Position numbers and translations under genes: made by a program. This document shows, piece by piece, positions 27,691 to 37,900 of a stretch of DNA of 64,000 bases. Each line of letters starts with the position of its first letter. Position 1 is the first letter of the stretch. Origin of the DNA: Bacteroidota bacterium (lineage in GTDB: Bacteria; Bacteroidota; Ignavibacteria; Ignavibacteriales; Ignavibacteriaceae); NCBI GenBank assembly GCA_021777835.1, contig JAJYDC010000012.1:3295-67294 (forward strand), given 5' to 3'. Below the pieces are notes generated by a model. The model was given only the letters and a program-made list of their open reading frames with translations. It ran no database searches and was not told where the DNA came from.

Positions 27691-27984
27691 ATGGCATCAA
27701 CAAAAATCAATAAGACTTTATTTATTATCTTAGGTTTAATTTTTCTTGTAGGTGCAGTGTATATATTTTTCAATGATGAAGGAATCTTAAAATACTTAAA
27801 GTTGAAAAATGAGGTGAACAATTTGAAGCAGCAGATTACAACGGTAGATACAGACAACAAGAATATTCAAGCTGAGATTGATTCATTGCAAAATAAGGTA
27901 CCCGCAAAGATAGAAAAGATTGCACGTGAAAAATACGGAATGATAAGAAAGGGAGAAAAAACAATTAAGATAATAGAGAAGTAA
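27691..27984 (+). CDS. Septum formation initiator (FtsB/DivIC-like)
   Basis: A 97-aa protein with an N-terminal TM helix, a coiled coil and a conserved tail (IEKIAREKYGMIRKGEK). Confidence 0.6.
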   Translation: MASTKINKTLFIILGLIFLVGAVYIFFNDEGILKYLKLKNEVNNLKQQITTVDTDNKNIQAEIDSLQNKVPAKIEKIAREKYGMIRKGEKTIKIIEK

Positions 27985-27992
27985 GTAACAAA

Positions 27993-29285
27993 ATGAATAA
28001 AAACGACTTTCCACAAATTCCGCTTGCTGAGAGAGTCAGGCCGAAAACATTAGATGAATTTGAAGGTCAAGAATCGCTGCTTGGTAAGGGGAAGCCAATT
28101 CGATTGATGATTGAGAAAGACAGTTTAAGCTCATTTATATTATGGGGACCTCCGGGTACTGGCAAGACAACAATAGCACGAATCATAGCCGAGCATACAA
28201 AATCAGAATTTCATCAGATAAATGCAGTTTCTTCAGGCGTAAAAGATATTCGTGCCGTAATAGATATAGCCACTCAAAACAAATTGATGAATCGAAAGAC
28301 TATTTTATTCATTGATGAAATACACAGGTTTAATAAAGCACAACAAGATGCGCTGCTTAATTCAGTGGAATCAGGATTAATTGTTTTAATTGGTGCTACA
28401 ACTGAGAATCCTTCGTTTGAAGTAATACCGGCACTTCGTTCAAGAGCAAGGGTATATATCCTGGAGGAGCTATCAAAAGACAATTTAACAGGCATTCTAA
28501 ATTCTGCTATAAAAAAAGATGAATTCCTTGCTTCGTTAAACTTCGTAGAAATTGATATAAATTTTCTGCTATACTTATCAGGCGGAGATGCCCGCTCAAT
28601 GCTAAGTATATTTGAAGCTGCAGTACTTCAGCAAACACATTCCGGGGGAATAAGAATTAATAAGGAAGTCTTAGAGAATGTAGTTCAAAAGAAAAACATT
28701 CTTTATGATAAAAGCGGGGAAGAACATTTTAATGTAATTTCTGCTTTCATAAAAAGCATAAGAGGCAGCGACCCCGACGCAGCACTTTATTGGATGGCAA
28801 GGATGCTCGAAGGCGGTGAAGATCCATTATTTATTGCTCGCAGGCTAGTTATTCTTGCTTCTGAAGACATCGGGAATGCTTCTCCAAACGGATTAGTGCT
28901 TGCTGAAGCCGCATTCAGTGCTGTTGACAAGGTTGGAATGCCTGAAGCAAGAATTATTTTAGCTCAATGTGCTACTTATCTTGCATCCACTCCAAAGAGT
29001 AATGCTTCTTATATGGGAATGGAAAAGGCATTTGCAGATGTAAAAAATCAGCCTCTCTATAATGTTCCGGTTCATTTAAGGAATGCTCCAACGAAATTGA
29101 TGAAAGATATCGGTTACGGAAAGGAATACAAATATCCGCACGATTATGAGAATCATTTTGTCGCGGAAAATTATCTTCCTGAAGAATTAAAAAACGCGCA
29201 GTATTATTTTCCAACGGAGAACGGGCAGGAAAAGTCTTTGAAAGAAAGGCTAACTTTTTTATGGAAGAACAGGAAAAAATATTAA
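27993..29285 (+). CDS. rarA: Replication-associated recombination protein A (MgsA/RarA AAA+ ATPase)
   Basis: It has Walker A (GPPGTGKTT), Walker B (LFIDEIHRFNK) and the C-terminal RarA motifs (DAALYWMARML, DPLFIARRL). Confidence 0.9.
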   Translation: MNKNDFPQIPLAERVRPKTLDEFEGQESLLGKGKPIRLMIEKDSLSSFILWGPPGTGKTTIARIIAEHTKSEFHQINAVSSGVKDIRAVIDIATQNKLMNRKTILFIDEIHRFNKAQQDALLNSVESGLIVLIGATTENPSFEVIPALRSRARVYILEELSKDNLTGILNSAIKKDEFLASLNFVEIDINFLLYLSGGDARSMLSIFEAAVLQQTHSGGIRINKEVLENVVQKKNILYDKSGEEHFNVISAFIKSIRGSDPDAALYWMARMLEGGEDPLFIARRLVILASEDIGNASPNGLVLAEAAFSAVDKVGMPEARIILAQCATYLASTPKSNASYMGMEKAFADVKNQPLYNVPVHLRNAPTKLMKDIGYGKEYKYPHDYENHFVAENYLPEELKNAQYYFPTENGQEKSLKERLTFLWKNRKKY

Positions 29286-30241
29286 TGGAATTTTCCTGTA
29301 AAATATGCGGCAATAAAAATGACAATCAATTCTACAATGTCAGAGAGATGCAGTTTGGAACAAGAGATGAATTTATATATTGCCAGTGTTCCGGTTGCGG
29401 ATGCCTTCAATTAGTTAACCCTCCGGCGAATTTATCAAAATATTATCCTAATGAATATTTCTCTTTTCAAATTCATAGGGAGAATTATTTGAAGAGAAGA
29501 CTTAACATTTTTAGGGATCGTTATGCATTCGGGATAAGCAATAGTCTGGGAAAATTATTGTTTAATAAATACGGGGAGCCAACTTACATAGGATGGCTAA
29601 GAAAATTCAATATTGATTTAGAAAGTAAAATCTTAGATATCGGATGCGGTTCAGGAAAACTTCTTTACAGGATGGGGAGCACCGGATTTAAGAATCTAAT
29701 GGGAATTGATGCATTTATCGAAAAAGATATTTATTATCCTAATGGTGTTAGGATATTTAAAAAGGACCTGGATGAACTCAATGAAAAATTTGATTTAATA
29801 ATGATGCATCACTCCTTGGAGCACATGGTAGACCAGCATGCAATATTCAGGAAACTTTCAAATATGCTTGAATGCGGGAAAAATCTATTGATTAGAATTC
29901 CGACATGCAGTTCTTATGCTTGGAATACATATAGAAACGATTGGTTTGCATTAGAAGCTCCGAGGCATTTTTATAATCATTCATTAAAAAGCATAAAGTA
30001 TATTGCTGATAAATATGGATTTGAGATTATTAAAACCGAATTTGATTCGCGCAGTATTCAGTTTTGGGGGAGCGAACAATATAAAAGGGACATACCGTTA
30101 ATGGATGAAAGGTCGTTCTTTGTTAATAGGGATAATTCCATTTTTTCAGAAGATGAGGTTGAAAAATTCGAAAAAGAAACAGAAAGATTAAATAAAACCG
30201 GGGAAGGAGATCAGGCTGTACTTTTTATGAAGAAGGTTTGA
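29261..30241 (+). CDS. Class I SAM-dependent methyltransferase with an N-terminal Cys4 zinc-ribbon
   Basis: CKICGN...CSGCGC is followed by the SAM motif ILDIGCGSGK. The true start may instead be the ATG at 29285 (MEFSCKICGN), which overlaps the rarA stop codon. Confidence 0.7.
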   Translation: MEEQEKILMEFSCKICGNKNDNQFYNVREMQFGTRDEFIYCQCSGCGCLQLVNPPANLSKYYPNEYFSFQIHRENYLKRRLNIFRDRYAFGISNSLGKLLFNKYGEPTYIGWLRKFNIDLESKILDIGCGSGKLLYRMGSTGFKNLMGIDAFIEKDIYYPNGVRIFKKDLDELNEKFDLIMMHHSLEHMVDQHAIFRKLSNMLECGKNLLIRIPTCSSYAWNTYRNDWFALEAPRHFYNHSLKSIKYIADKYGFEIIKTEFDSRSIQFWGSEQYKRDIPLMDERSFFVNRDNSIFSEDEVEKFEKETERLNKTGEGDQAVLFMKKV

Positions 30242-30244
30242 AGG

Positions 30245-31366
30245 TTAAAGAATTGCAAACAATTTCCCGGGTAACTGTTTAACTATGCCTTTGAATTCTA
30301 AAGAGAGAAGATGAACTAAGCAGTCGGAAGTTGAAAGATTAGTAATTGAAGCTATCTTATCAATTTGTATGGGCTCATTTGTTAAAGAAGCTATGATTTT
30401 TTCTTCAAACAAATTTAGACTAGCCTGTGGTTGCGGAATATTCTTTCCGATTACAGGTTTTAGTTTCAATTCTAGTTCAATCAAGACATCCTCATAAGAC
30501 CTAATTAGTTTTGCTTCGCCTCTTTGAATTTTTAGATTAGTTCCTTCCGACTGTTTTACGCCTAGGTTTCCGGGGATAGCAAATACCTCACGATTTTGAT
30601 CAAGTGCATAGGCTGCAGTTTGCATTGCACCGCCGGTAACTCCTGTTTCTATTATTATTGTACCAAGGCTTATTCCGGAAATAATTCTATTCCTTTTAGG
30701 AAAGTTTACAGCATCCGGTTTAGTTCCCAAACTATATTCTGAAATTACTATCCCATGTTCAGATATTTCATTAAATAATTTTCTATTCTCAGGCGGGTAT
30801 ATTACGTCTAATCCCGATCCAATAACAGCAATTGTTCTACTGTTATTTTTTAAGGATGTAATGTGAGCAATAGTATCAATACCGCGAGCGAGACCGCTAA
30901 CGATTGTAATTTTTTGTGAAGCAAGGTCATTAACCAATCGTTCAGTTTGAAGCTTTCCATAATTGGTAGGCTGACGAGTGCCTACAACTGCAATTGAGTA
31001 ATTATCCGATTCGGAAAAATTTCCTTTATAAAAAAGAATAATAGGCGGGTCATAAATTTTTTTAAGAATAGGTGGATATTCATTATCCCAGACAGTGACA
31101 ATATGGCAGCCAAGTTTTTCAAGTTTATCAAGTTGTTTTAAAACTATATCATTTGTTGCTTTGCGATTGCGGTTAATTTGACAAACACGATTAGCGAGGT
31201 TAGTACTTATTCCTTCAATTTCTAAAAGTGAATCATAACTTGCAGAGAGGATATTTTCAGTTGTTTTAAATTTTGAAAGGAGGCTCCTAAATTTTGCAGG
31301 GCCAATTCCTTCTACGGAAAGGAGCAAGAATAGATCAGTTAATTGTTCAATATTAAGCTTAGTCAA
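30245..31366 (-). CDS. dprA: DNA-processing protein DprA
   Basis: It has the DprA Rossmann core (AVVGTRQPTNYG, SGLARGIDTIAH, GVTGGAMQTA) and a C-terminal winged-helix-like tail. Confidence 0.9.
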   Translation of the reverse strand: MTKLNIEQLTDLFLLLSVEGIGPAKFRSLLSKFKTTENILSASYDSLLEIEGISTNLANRVCQINRNRKATNDIVLKQLDKLEKLGCHIVTVWDNEYPPILKKIYDPPIILFYKGNFSESDNYSIAVVGTRQPTNYGKLQTERLVNDLASQKITIVSGLARGIDTIAHITSLKNNSRTIAVIGSGLDVIYPPENRKLFNEISEHGIVISEYSLGTKPDAVNFPKRNRIISGISLGTIIIETGVTGGAMQTAAYALDQNREVFAIPGNLGVKQSEGTNLKIQRGEAKLIRSYEDVLIELELKLKPVIGKNIPQPQASLNLFEEKIIASLTNEPIQIDKIASITNLSTSDCLVHLLSLEFKGIVKQLPGKLFAIL

Positions 31367-31539
31367 TTTTCAACTAGGTAAATTTGATAATAATTGATGT
31401 TAGGATAAATTGATTTTTAACGGCCGCGGCCGCAATACAAAAGCAAGCCGGGACAAATGACCCCAATTTCAACTAGCCATACAAGCCGGATGGAATTGCC
31501 AAGAAATAAAGCACCCTTTAAGACCAACCCCTGAATAAA

Positions 31540-31830
31540 TTATTTTACCTGAGTATCAGTAACCTTAGTTGGGTCAGTCGACTCCTTTTTGGTATATAAT
31601 ATCGAAATAGGTAGAATAATTAAATAACCTATAATTAAAAGAACCGGTGAAATATCTAATGAAGAAACGCTATTCCAGGGTCCCATTGACATAAAAAAGA
31701 AGCCAATTACAATAACTGCAATGCCAGTAAAGAATATTGCATAATTAGTTTTAGTCCAATAAGCAGAAAAGGGCGAGACATAAGTTTTTTTTGTCTTAGG
31801 AATATTTTTCTTTTTAATTGTTTTAGCCAT
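31540..31830 (-). CDS. Small two-helix membrane protein (DUF3098-like)
   Basis: The start is reassigned to the ATG at 31830 (MAKTIKKK), with GGAG 7 nt upstream. It has two hydrophobic helices. The size and pattern resemble DUF3098. Confidence 0.45.
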   Translation of the reverse strand: MAKTIKKKNIPKTKKTYVSPFSAYWTKTNYAIFFTGIAVIVIGFFFMSMGPWNSVSSLDISPVLLIIGYLIILPISILYTKKESTDPTKVTDTQVK

Positions 31831-31847
31831 AATAAACTCCATGTATT

Positions 31848-31882
31848 AAAAAAGAAGCCCGGCGATGGGGGTGACACCGGGC
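31848..31882 (-). terminator. Rho-independent terminator (minus strand)
   Basis: On the minus strand, GCCCGGTGTCACCCCCATCGCCGGGC forms a GCCCGG/CCGGGC stem and is followed by TTCTTTTTT. Confidence 0.65.
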
Positions 31883-31930
31883 TTAACTCTGTTTGCTTCA
31901 AAGGGCAGGGGAGAACCCTTCGAAAGAGTC
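31848..31930 (-). ncRNA. Candidate ~80-nt two-hairpin small RNA or leader
   Basis: The minus strand has TTGACA (31965-31960), a 17-nt spacer and TATATT (31942-31937). A 9-bp hairpin follows (31924-31897, UUCGAAGGG / CCCUUUGAA) with a C-rich loop UUCUCCCCUG. The terminator hairpin comes after it. Confidence 0.25.
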
Positions 31931-31975
31931 GAACTAAATATATAATCTTTAGATTATTTTGTCAAGAAGAAAGCT

Positions 31976-32224
31976 CTATTTACTTATTTGATACACTATT
32001 TTACGAATAGTATCAAACTGTAGGTAAGGATATTCTTCTCTAATTGAGTCGATAGCATCTCCGGCGCTTATTTTGCTTGCCCTAAGCTGCTTGAATTTTT
32101 TTCTTATTTGGTAGTCTCTAACTGATTTTTCATCAATCAGACCTTGAGCGCTTAATAGCTCATAGATATCGTCGCTAATTAAGTCAGACAAGGGATTATC
32201 AATTTTTGCTTTTAAAGTTGCCAT
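31976..32224 (-). CDS. Small (82-aa) helix-turn-helix-like protein
   Basis: The start is reassigned to the ATG at 32224 (MATLKAKI), with AAGGAAGG 5 nt upstream. The C-terminal segment AIDSIREEYPYLQFDTIRKIVY resembles Mor/region-4-type HTHs. This is a weak assignment. Confidence 0.4.
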   Translation of the reverse strand: MATLKAKIDNPLSDLISDDIYELLSAQGLIDEKSVRDYQIRKKFKQLRASKISAGDAIDSIREEYPYLQFDTIRKIVYQISK

Positions 32225-32829
32225 AGCTGCCTTCCTTTGTTTGTGTTTAATCTGTTGCTTAAAAAACAAGTATCAATTTATTTAGACGCATACTCCGTTA
32301 ATATTACTACAACAAAAAACCGATCAGAGAAGTTCCCAAATCGGCACACCTTTGCTACTCTGATTAGAAAAATATCAAAATTTTTCTTGGTAGCAAATCT
32401 TTTATGTTACAAGTCCTTTTTTTGTGAGTAAAGATACAAGGAAAAATGAAAAAGTCAAATAGCTGAGAGATTTTTGGCCATTTACCATGTTATTCTGATT
32501 ATGATTACTATACAACTTATTTTAATTATTCATTTAATTTGAATAACAATTATTTTGACAATTATTCTCAAAATTTAAGTATAAAGATTATATTCTAATC
32601 AGATCAAAAACTTAGTTAATTTTAATTCAAAATAGAAAATATAGCATGAATATAATAAGCTATAATATGATATTATTATAATTCAAATAAAATTGTTAAC
32701 TTTGTTAAAGATATTGATAGTAAATATTCCTGTATTATTTATATTTTTTACATTCAATTGAACACTTCTTGCTAATAGATATTGGGGATAAATTTTTTAG
32801 TATTAATAATAATTAATTGTTAGGAATTC

Positions 32830-34092
32830 ATGGAAACAGATAAAACTCAAGAAGAATTAGTAATCTCTAATAAAAATACAGTAGGCAATTCTTTTGTGGA
32901 ATTTTTAACTATAACTGTAAGATATAGATGGTTCTTATTTTGGTTTGTTCTTATAATTACAGCTGCTTCAATCTCATTTGCATTATTATCACCCAAATGG
33001 TATAAGTCAACAGCATCCGTATTACCTGCTGAAAATACTGATTTCCTCAGTGCTTTTAGCGGTATATCTTCATTAGTTAAAAATTTCTCACCTTCCAAAG
33101 GCTTAGCTGCACTTACGGGGAATACAGAATTTGATAAGTATATGGCAATCTTAAAAAGCTCTACAATGATTGATGATGTTGTAAATAATTTTGATCTTAG
33201 AGCAGAATATAATATGAAGACCGGATATTATGATAAAGTTGTTAAAATGTTCCTTTCAAATCTAGAATTAACGGTTCAAGATGAGGGTGATCTTACAATT
33301 ACAGTGTATGATAAAAGTCCACAAAGAGCTGCAGATATTGCAAATTATATGATTGCGAAGCTCAATGAAATTAATTCAAGGTTAAGTATTACAAATGCTA
33401 AATCAAACCGTCAATTTATTGAAAAAAGATACTTACAAAATATAAATGATATCAGTAATTTAGAAGACGAGATGAAGGATTTTCAACAAAAGTATGGAGT
33501 AGTTGCCGTCCCGCAACAGATAGAAGCTACGATAAAAGAGATGTCAGTTATATACGGTGAGCTTGCACAAAAGGAAATAGCATATAATGTAATTAAAAGA
33601 ACTTATGGAGCAAATAATCAATTAGCTGCAAATGCAGGTATAGAAGTTCAAGAGATACAGAAAAAAATAAGCAGCCTAAACACCGGATCCGATAATTCAC
33701 AAAAAGATATAAACCTTTTAATTCCTTTTAAGAAAGCACCAGAATTAGCTTATAAATATTTAAAAATATACAAAGACTTAGAAATACAATATAAAATTTT
33801 AGAATTCGTGCAGCCAATGTACGAACAGGCAAAGATAGAAGAAGTGCGGAATACTCCATCTGTTTTGATATTAGATAAAGCCGCACCTGCCGATAGAAAA
33901 TCTAAGCCGAAAGCAAGTTTGTATGCCCTAATAGCTTTTGTGGTATCATTACTACTTGGATTTTTTATTATATTTTTAAAGGAATTCAACAATAAAATAA
34001 GGGTTACTTCTCCAAATAAGTATTTATTTATAGCTACAAGTTTAAGATCGGACCTTGCTAAAATTGGGATAAAGAAAAAGGAGAAAGTTTAA
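32830..34092 (+). CDS. Polysaccharide chain-length determinant (Wzz/GumC-like), without a kinase domain
   Basis: TM helices at the N-terminus and C-terminus flank a long coiled-coil periplasmic region. The N-terminal motif (YRWFLFWFVLIITAASISFALLSPKWYKS) is Wzz-like. It is the first gene of the glycan locus. Confidence 0.7.
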   Translation: METDKTQEELVISNKNTVGNSFVEFLTITVRYRWFLFWFVLIITAASISFALLSPKWYKSTASVLPAENTDFLSAFSGISSLVKNFSPSKGLAALTGNTEFDKYMAILKSSTMIDDVVNNFDLRAEYNMKTGYYDKVVKMFLSNLELTVQDEGDLTITVYDKSPQRAADIANYMIAKLNEINSRLSITNAKSNRQFIEKRYLQNINDISNLEDEMKDFQQKYGVVAVPQQIEATIKEMSVIYGELAQKEIAYNVIKRTYGANNQLAANAGIEVQEIQKKISSLNTGSDNSQKDINLLIPFKKAPELAYKYLKIYKDLEIQYKILEFVQPMYEQAKIEEVRNTPSVLILDKAAPADRKSKPKASLYALIAFVVSLLLGFFIIFLKEFNNKIRVTSPNKYLFIATSLRSDLAKIGIKKKEKV

Positions 34093-35567
34093 TGTCCGAA
34101 GCGGTGAGAATTCGAAGGAATTCTCTTTTTTCCTTCCTTTCTATTTCATCAAGACTAATTTCAAATGTTGTGGTTTTTTTGATAGTAGGTTCACATTATG
34201 GGCCGAAAATATTTGGTCAATTTACTATTGCACATACTTTTGCCATAATTTTTATCTTATTTGCCGATTTCGGTTTCGATGTATTGTTGACAACCGAAGT
34301 TGCGAAGAACAGGAAATCCGCATCAACAATTTTCCAGAGATATTTTTCGATAAAGATAGTTTTCTCACTTGCTGCTTTAATTGCTATGTGGTTATTATCT
34401 CTAGCTCTTCATTTTAGTCAAACTTCAAGAGTATTAATATTAATTTTTAGTTTTTATGTAATATTAACTACACTTACAAATTTTCTGCATGCATTGTATA
34501 AGGGTTTAGAAAGACTAGAATATGAAACTAAAGTATCTTTAATTGTAAATGTTAGTCTGCTTATTTTAGTATTTTTTTTATTGATTGTAAAAGTTGATAT
34601 AATTTATATAGCAGTTGCCTTCGTATCGACAAGATTCCTTGGATTTATTTTTGCGATAATTTATTCTTTCAAAGTTCTTCCCGACATAAAATATAATTTA
34701 AATTTTAAGGAGTGGCGCCTATTAATGAGCCAAGTATTGATATTTGGCTTACAATTAATCTTTGGGAATCTATTTTTTCAAATAGACACAATAATGTTAG
34801 CCTTTTTGAAGGGAGATTCATCAGTAGGAATATATCAGGCCACCATAAAATTAATTGCTTTACCCCTTGTTATTCCAGATATTTTGATAAATACTCTCCT
34901 TCCTGTACTTTCAAGACTAAATACAGAAAATGAACTGTTGTGGGTTAAGCTAGGAGGAATATTAAATAAGACCTTAATGATTATCATATTACCAATTTCG
35001 ATAGTTTTATTTACCTATCCTGATTTTGTAATCAATTTAATTTATCCAACTGGCAAGTATGCAGCCACTATTCCACTCCTTAGAATTTTTGCATTAATTC
35101 TTTTCATCCGTTTTTCAGTTGAAAGTTATGCATTAATGTTAACAACCTCACATAAACAGAAGATTAGAATGTTCATAGTTTTAATTGGGACGATATTTAA
35201 TTTTGGCGTAAATTTATATATTATTCCGAAATATGGGGTAATCGGTGCAGCAGTTATTTCTCTAGTAACCAATTTGTTAGTTGGTTTCGGATATATTATA
35301 ACCACTTTGCCTTTGTTCTATAAATGGTCATTGAATTTCTCTTATCTTTTACCAATTATAATTGCTGCAGGCATATCATCTATTTTATGGCCAATAAAGG
35401 AATTTGAGCCAATTTTTATGATCCCTTTCATTATAGTTATTTGTTACTTCCTTTTAATTAGACTTAGTTTTAGTAAAGAAGAAAGAAATTTAGTCTTTAA
35501 GAAAGGGATAGACTTCCCAGCTCTTTTCCCTAAATTAAAAATTAATAAAATCAATGAATCTGATTAG
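34092..35567 (+). CDS. wzx: Oligosaccharide flippase (Wzx / polysaccharide biosynthesis protein family)
   Basis: A 491-aa protein with about 14 TM helices. The genomic context supports the call. Confidence 0.7.
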   Translation: MSEAVRIRRNSLFSFLSISSRLISNVVVFLIVGSHYGPKIFGQFTIAHTFAIIFILFADFGFDVLLTTEVAKNRKSASTIFQRYFSIKIVFSLAALIAMWLLSLALHFSQTSRVLILIFSFYVILTTLTNFLHALYKGLERLEYETKVSLIVNVSLLILVFFLLIVKVDIIYIAVAFVSTRFLGFIFAIIYSFKVLPDIKYNLNFKEWRLLMSQVLIFGLQLIFGNLFFQIDTIMLAFLKGDSSVGIYQATIKLIALPLVIPDILINTLLPVLSRLNTENELLWVKLGGILNKTLMIIILPISIVLFTYPDFVINLIYPTGKYAATIPLLRIFALILFIRFSVESYALMLTTSHKQKIRMFIVLIGTIFNFGVNLYIIPKYGVIGAAVISLVTNLLVGFGYIITTLPLFYKWSLNFSYLLPIIIAAGISSILWPIKEFEPIFMIPFIIVICYFLLIRLSFSKEERNLVFKKGIDFPALFPKLKINKINESD

Positions 35568-36810
35568 TTTATTTTGTTTCATAATTACATCAATTACTAT
35601 ACTTAGCTGTATTGGTAAACAGAGGGATATATTTTCACCAACTAGATTATTTGTCTTTATTTGGTCTCTCGCAATAGGATTAGCAGAATTAAAATTCAGC
35701 AGATTCCAGCACCAGTGGTCTTTATATGGATGGGCCATGTTACTGCTAAGTATTATTTCTTTCCTTATAGGTGTATTTGCAGTTTATGTAATATATTACA
35801 AAAAGGAAATCTTAAGTTTCGATGAAATAAGAAATATTATTCAGAATACTCAGGTAGATCAAAAGAAATTTTATTATGTAATAATAATTTTATTTGTCGC
35901 TTATATTATTTCTTATATAGTTATTGTGCTAGTTAGGGGTTATGTCCCAATATTATCAAACCATCCCTCAGAATCAAGAACACAGGTAGATGTTTTTGGA
36001 TTTGGCCTTATAATTCATGGCGCAACATCTATTATGTTTTTTATTGTGCAGTATTTATTATTAATTAAACAAAATAGCTCAAGAAAGATTACACTAGTTA
36101 TTATTCTTTTAATTACTTTTATCACATACTTTGCACTCCTGCAAAGATATGATCTTGTCTTTTGGATTATTATATCTTTAGTATTTTATTATTATTCACG
36201 AAAAGTAAGAATTAGGAGTGTGCTTTTATTTGTTTTAGGATTACTATCAATAATGTATGCTATTCAAAATATAAGATTAAGTAAATATTTTGCTGGCTAT
36301 CTTTATGTCTTTTCTGAAATGAAGTTTAGCCCTAAATATGCCATCTTTACTGAACCTTACATGTATATAGTAATGAATCTTGAAAATTTTACTAATGCAG
36401 TTACTAAAATTACCCAACATACTTTTGGCTATTATACATTCAATTTTATAATGTCATTAACGGGGTTGAAGCATTGGATACAAGGTTATTCCAATTTAGA
36501 TGACGCTCCCTTTCTAAATAGCGGATATAATACCTATACCATGTTCTGGGATTTTTATAGAGATTTTGGAGCCTTAGGATTAGGCGTAATTTCATTTAGT
36601 CTAGGATTCTTAATTTCTACTTTATATTATAAATTTAGAACCAAACCGAATCAGCATACACTTTCATTGTATTCAATTGGAGTGTTTGTAATACTTTTTT
36701 CATTTTTTATTGACCCAATAGGGCAATTACATTTTTTCTTTAACACTAGTTTAATATTTTTTATAACATTTGTAGTACTAAAAGAAAGAGATTCTAAAAA
36801 GATTATATGA
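35554..36810 (+). CDS. wzy: Oligosaccharide repeat-unit polymerase (Wzy-like)
   Basis: A 418-aa polytopic membrane protein with very low GC. It sits between the flippase and the glycosyltransferases. Confidence 0.55.
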   Translation: MNLISLFCFIITSITILSCIGKQRDIFSPTRLFVFIWSLAIGLAELKFSRFQHQWSLYGWAMLLLSIISFLIGVFAVYVIYYKKEILSFDEIRNIIQNTQVDQKKFYYVIIILFVAYIISYIVIVLVRGYVPILSNHPSESRTQVDVFGFGLIIHGATSIMFFIVQYLLLIKQNSSRKITLVIILLITFITYFALLQRYDLVFWIIISLVFYYYSRKVRIRSVLLFVLGLLSIMYAIQNIRLSKYFAGYLYVFSEMKFSPKYAIFTEPYMYIVMNLENFTNAVTKITQHTFGYYTFNFIMSLTGLKHWIQGYSNLDDAPFLNSGYNTYTMFWDFYRDFGALGLGVISFSLGFLISTLYYKFRTKPNQHTLSLYSIGVFVILFSFFIDPIGQLHFFFNTSLIFFITFVVLKERDSKKII

Positions 36811-37871
36811 AAGTACTTATTGACGACGGGATGGCTTCACTTTACAATTTTACCGGAATCGGTCAACATGGGCACAATATTTTTAAGCATCTTAAAAATT
36901 ATTGCGATTGTAATATTACAAATTATTGGTATTTAAGAGTTGTGCCCAAAGTATTAAGGAAATTCACTTATGAAGGATTAACTAATTTTCATTCATTATA
37001 TAGAAAATATAATGTTATACATTATCAGAATCACAATCTGCCATATATCAAGGGAATTGCGAAAAGAGTTGTAACTATTCATGATCTTAGCGTTTATGAA
37101 TTTCCTGAAACAGTACCAACAATATATATTAAACATAATCAAAAGCTTATAAAAGATTCAATTGAAAAAGCCGATGCAGTAATTACCCCTTCGGAATTTA
37201 CTAAAGAGGAAATAATATCCCATTTCCCGCATGCAAATGTTGAAAAAATTTATTCATGTGAATCAGGTTTAAGAGAAATATTCTTAAAAGAAAGGATTAA
37301 CTCGAATATACTTGAAGATAATCATATTGAAGAAAATAATTACTTGTTCTTTTTAGGTAGTATTTCTAAAAGAAAAAATCTTGAATTCTTATTAAAAACC
37401 TTTATAAAAGCGAAGGAAAATGGGGCTATAAATAAAGATCTAAAATTAGTTTTAGGAGGTCAAAATTGGTGGGGATCAAGTAATATAAAAAAATTAATTA
37501 AAGCTCAATTGGGAATAATAGCTTTGGGATATCTTAGCGAAGAAGATATAGTTGTCTTGTATCGTTATTCTAAAGCGGTGGTTTTTCCATCAATTTATGA
37601 GGGATTCGGCAGCCCAATTATTGAAGCAATGAGTCAAAAGGTGCCTCTTATTATTTCAAATATTCCTACAAGTATAACGCTTAATAAAAGACATGGGGAT
37701 CAAATGCTGGTTTTCAATCTTAGCGATGAGTCGATGCTGATAGAATTAATGAATAATTTGGATAAAAATTATGATAAGATTAAAGCAAATTTAAATTATG
37801 GAGATATTTCTATGTATAGTTATGATAGAATAGCGAAAAAACACTTTGAAGTTTATAGATCTCTTTTTTAA
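36807..37871 (+). CDS. Glycosyltransferase family 4 (GT-B, GT1 domain)
   Basis: It carries the EX7E-type motif (PSIYEGFGSPIIEAM). Confidence 0.8.
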   Translation: MKVLIDDGMASLYNFTGIGQHGHNIFKHLKNYCDCNITNYWYLRVVPKVLRKFTYEGLTNFHSLYRKYNVIHYQNHNLPYIKGIAKRVVTIHDLSVYEFPETVPTIYIKHNQKLIKDSIEKADAVITPSEFTKEEIISHFPHANVEKIYSCESGLREIFLKERINSNILEDNHIEENNYLFFLGSISKRKNLEFLLKTFIKAKENGAINKDLKLVLGGQNWWGSSNIKKLIKAQLGIIALGYLSEEDIVVLYRYSKAVVFPSIYEGFGSPIIEAMSQKVPLIISNIPTSITLNKRHGDQMLVFNLSDESMLIELMNNLDKNYDKIKANLNYGDISMYSYDRIAKKHFEVYRSLF

Positions 37872-37900
37872 TTAAAGATTGAATAAATGATAGGAATTTT

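Noticed and set aside
31421-31432. A 12-nt all-GC perfect palindrome CGGCCGCGGCCG (it contains a NotI site) in an AT-rich spacer upstream of dprA.
   Set aside because: It is striking for a roughly one-third-GC genome. It is too short and isolated to assign a function, it cannot form a stable hairpin, and it has no flanking repeat or ORF context.
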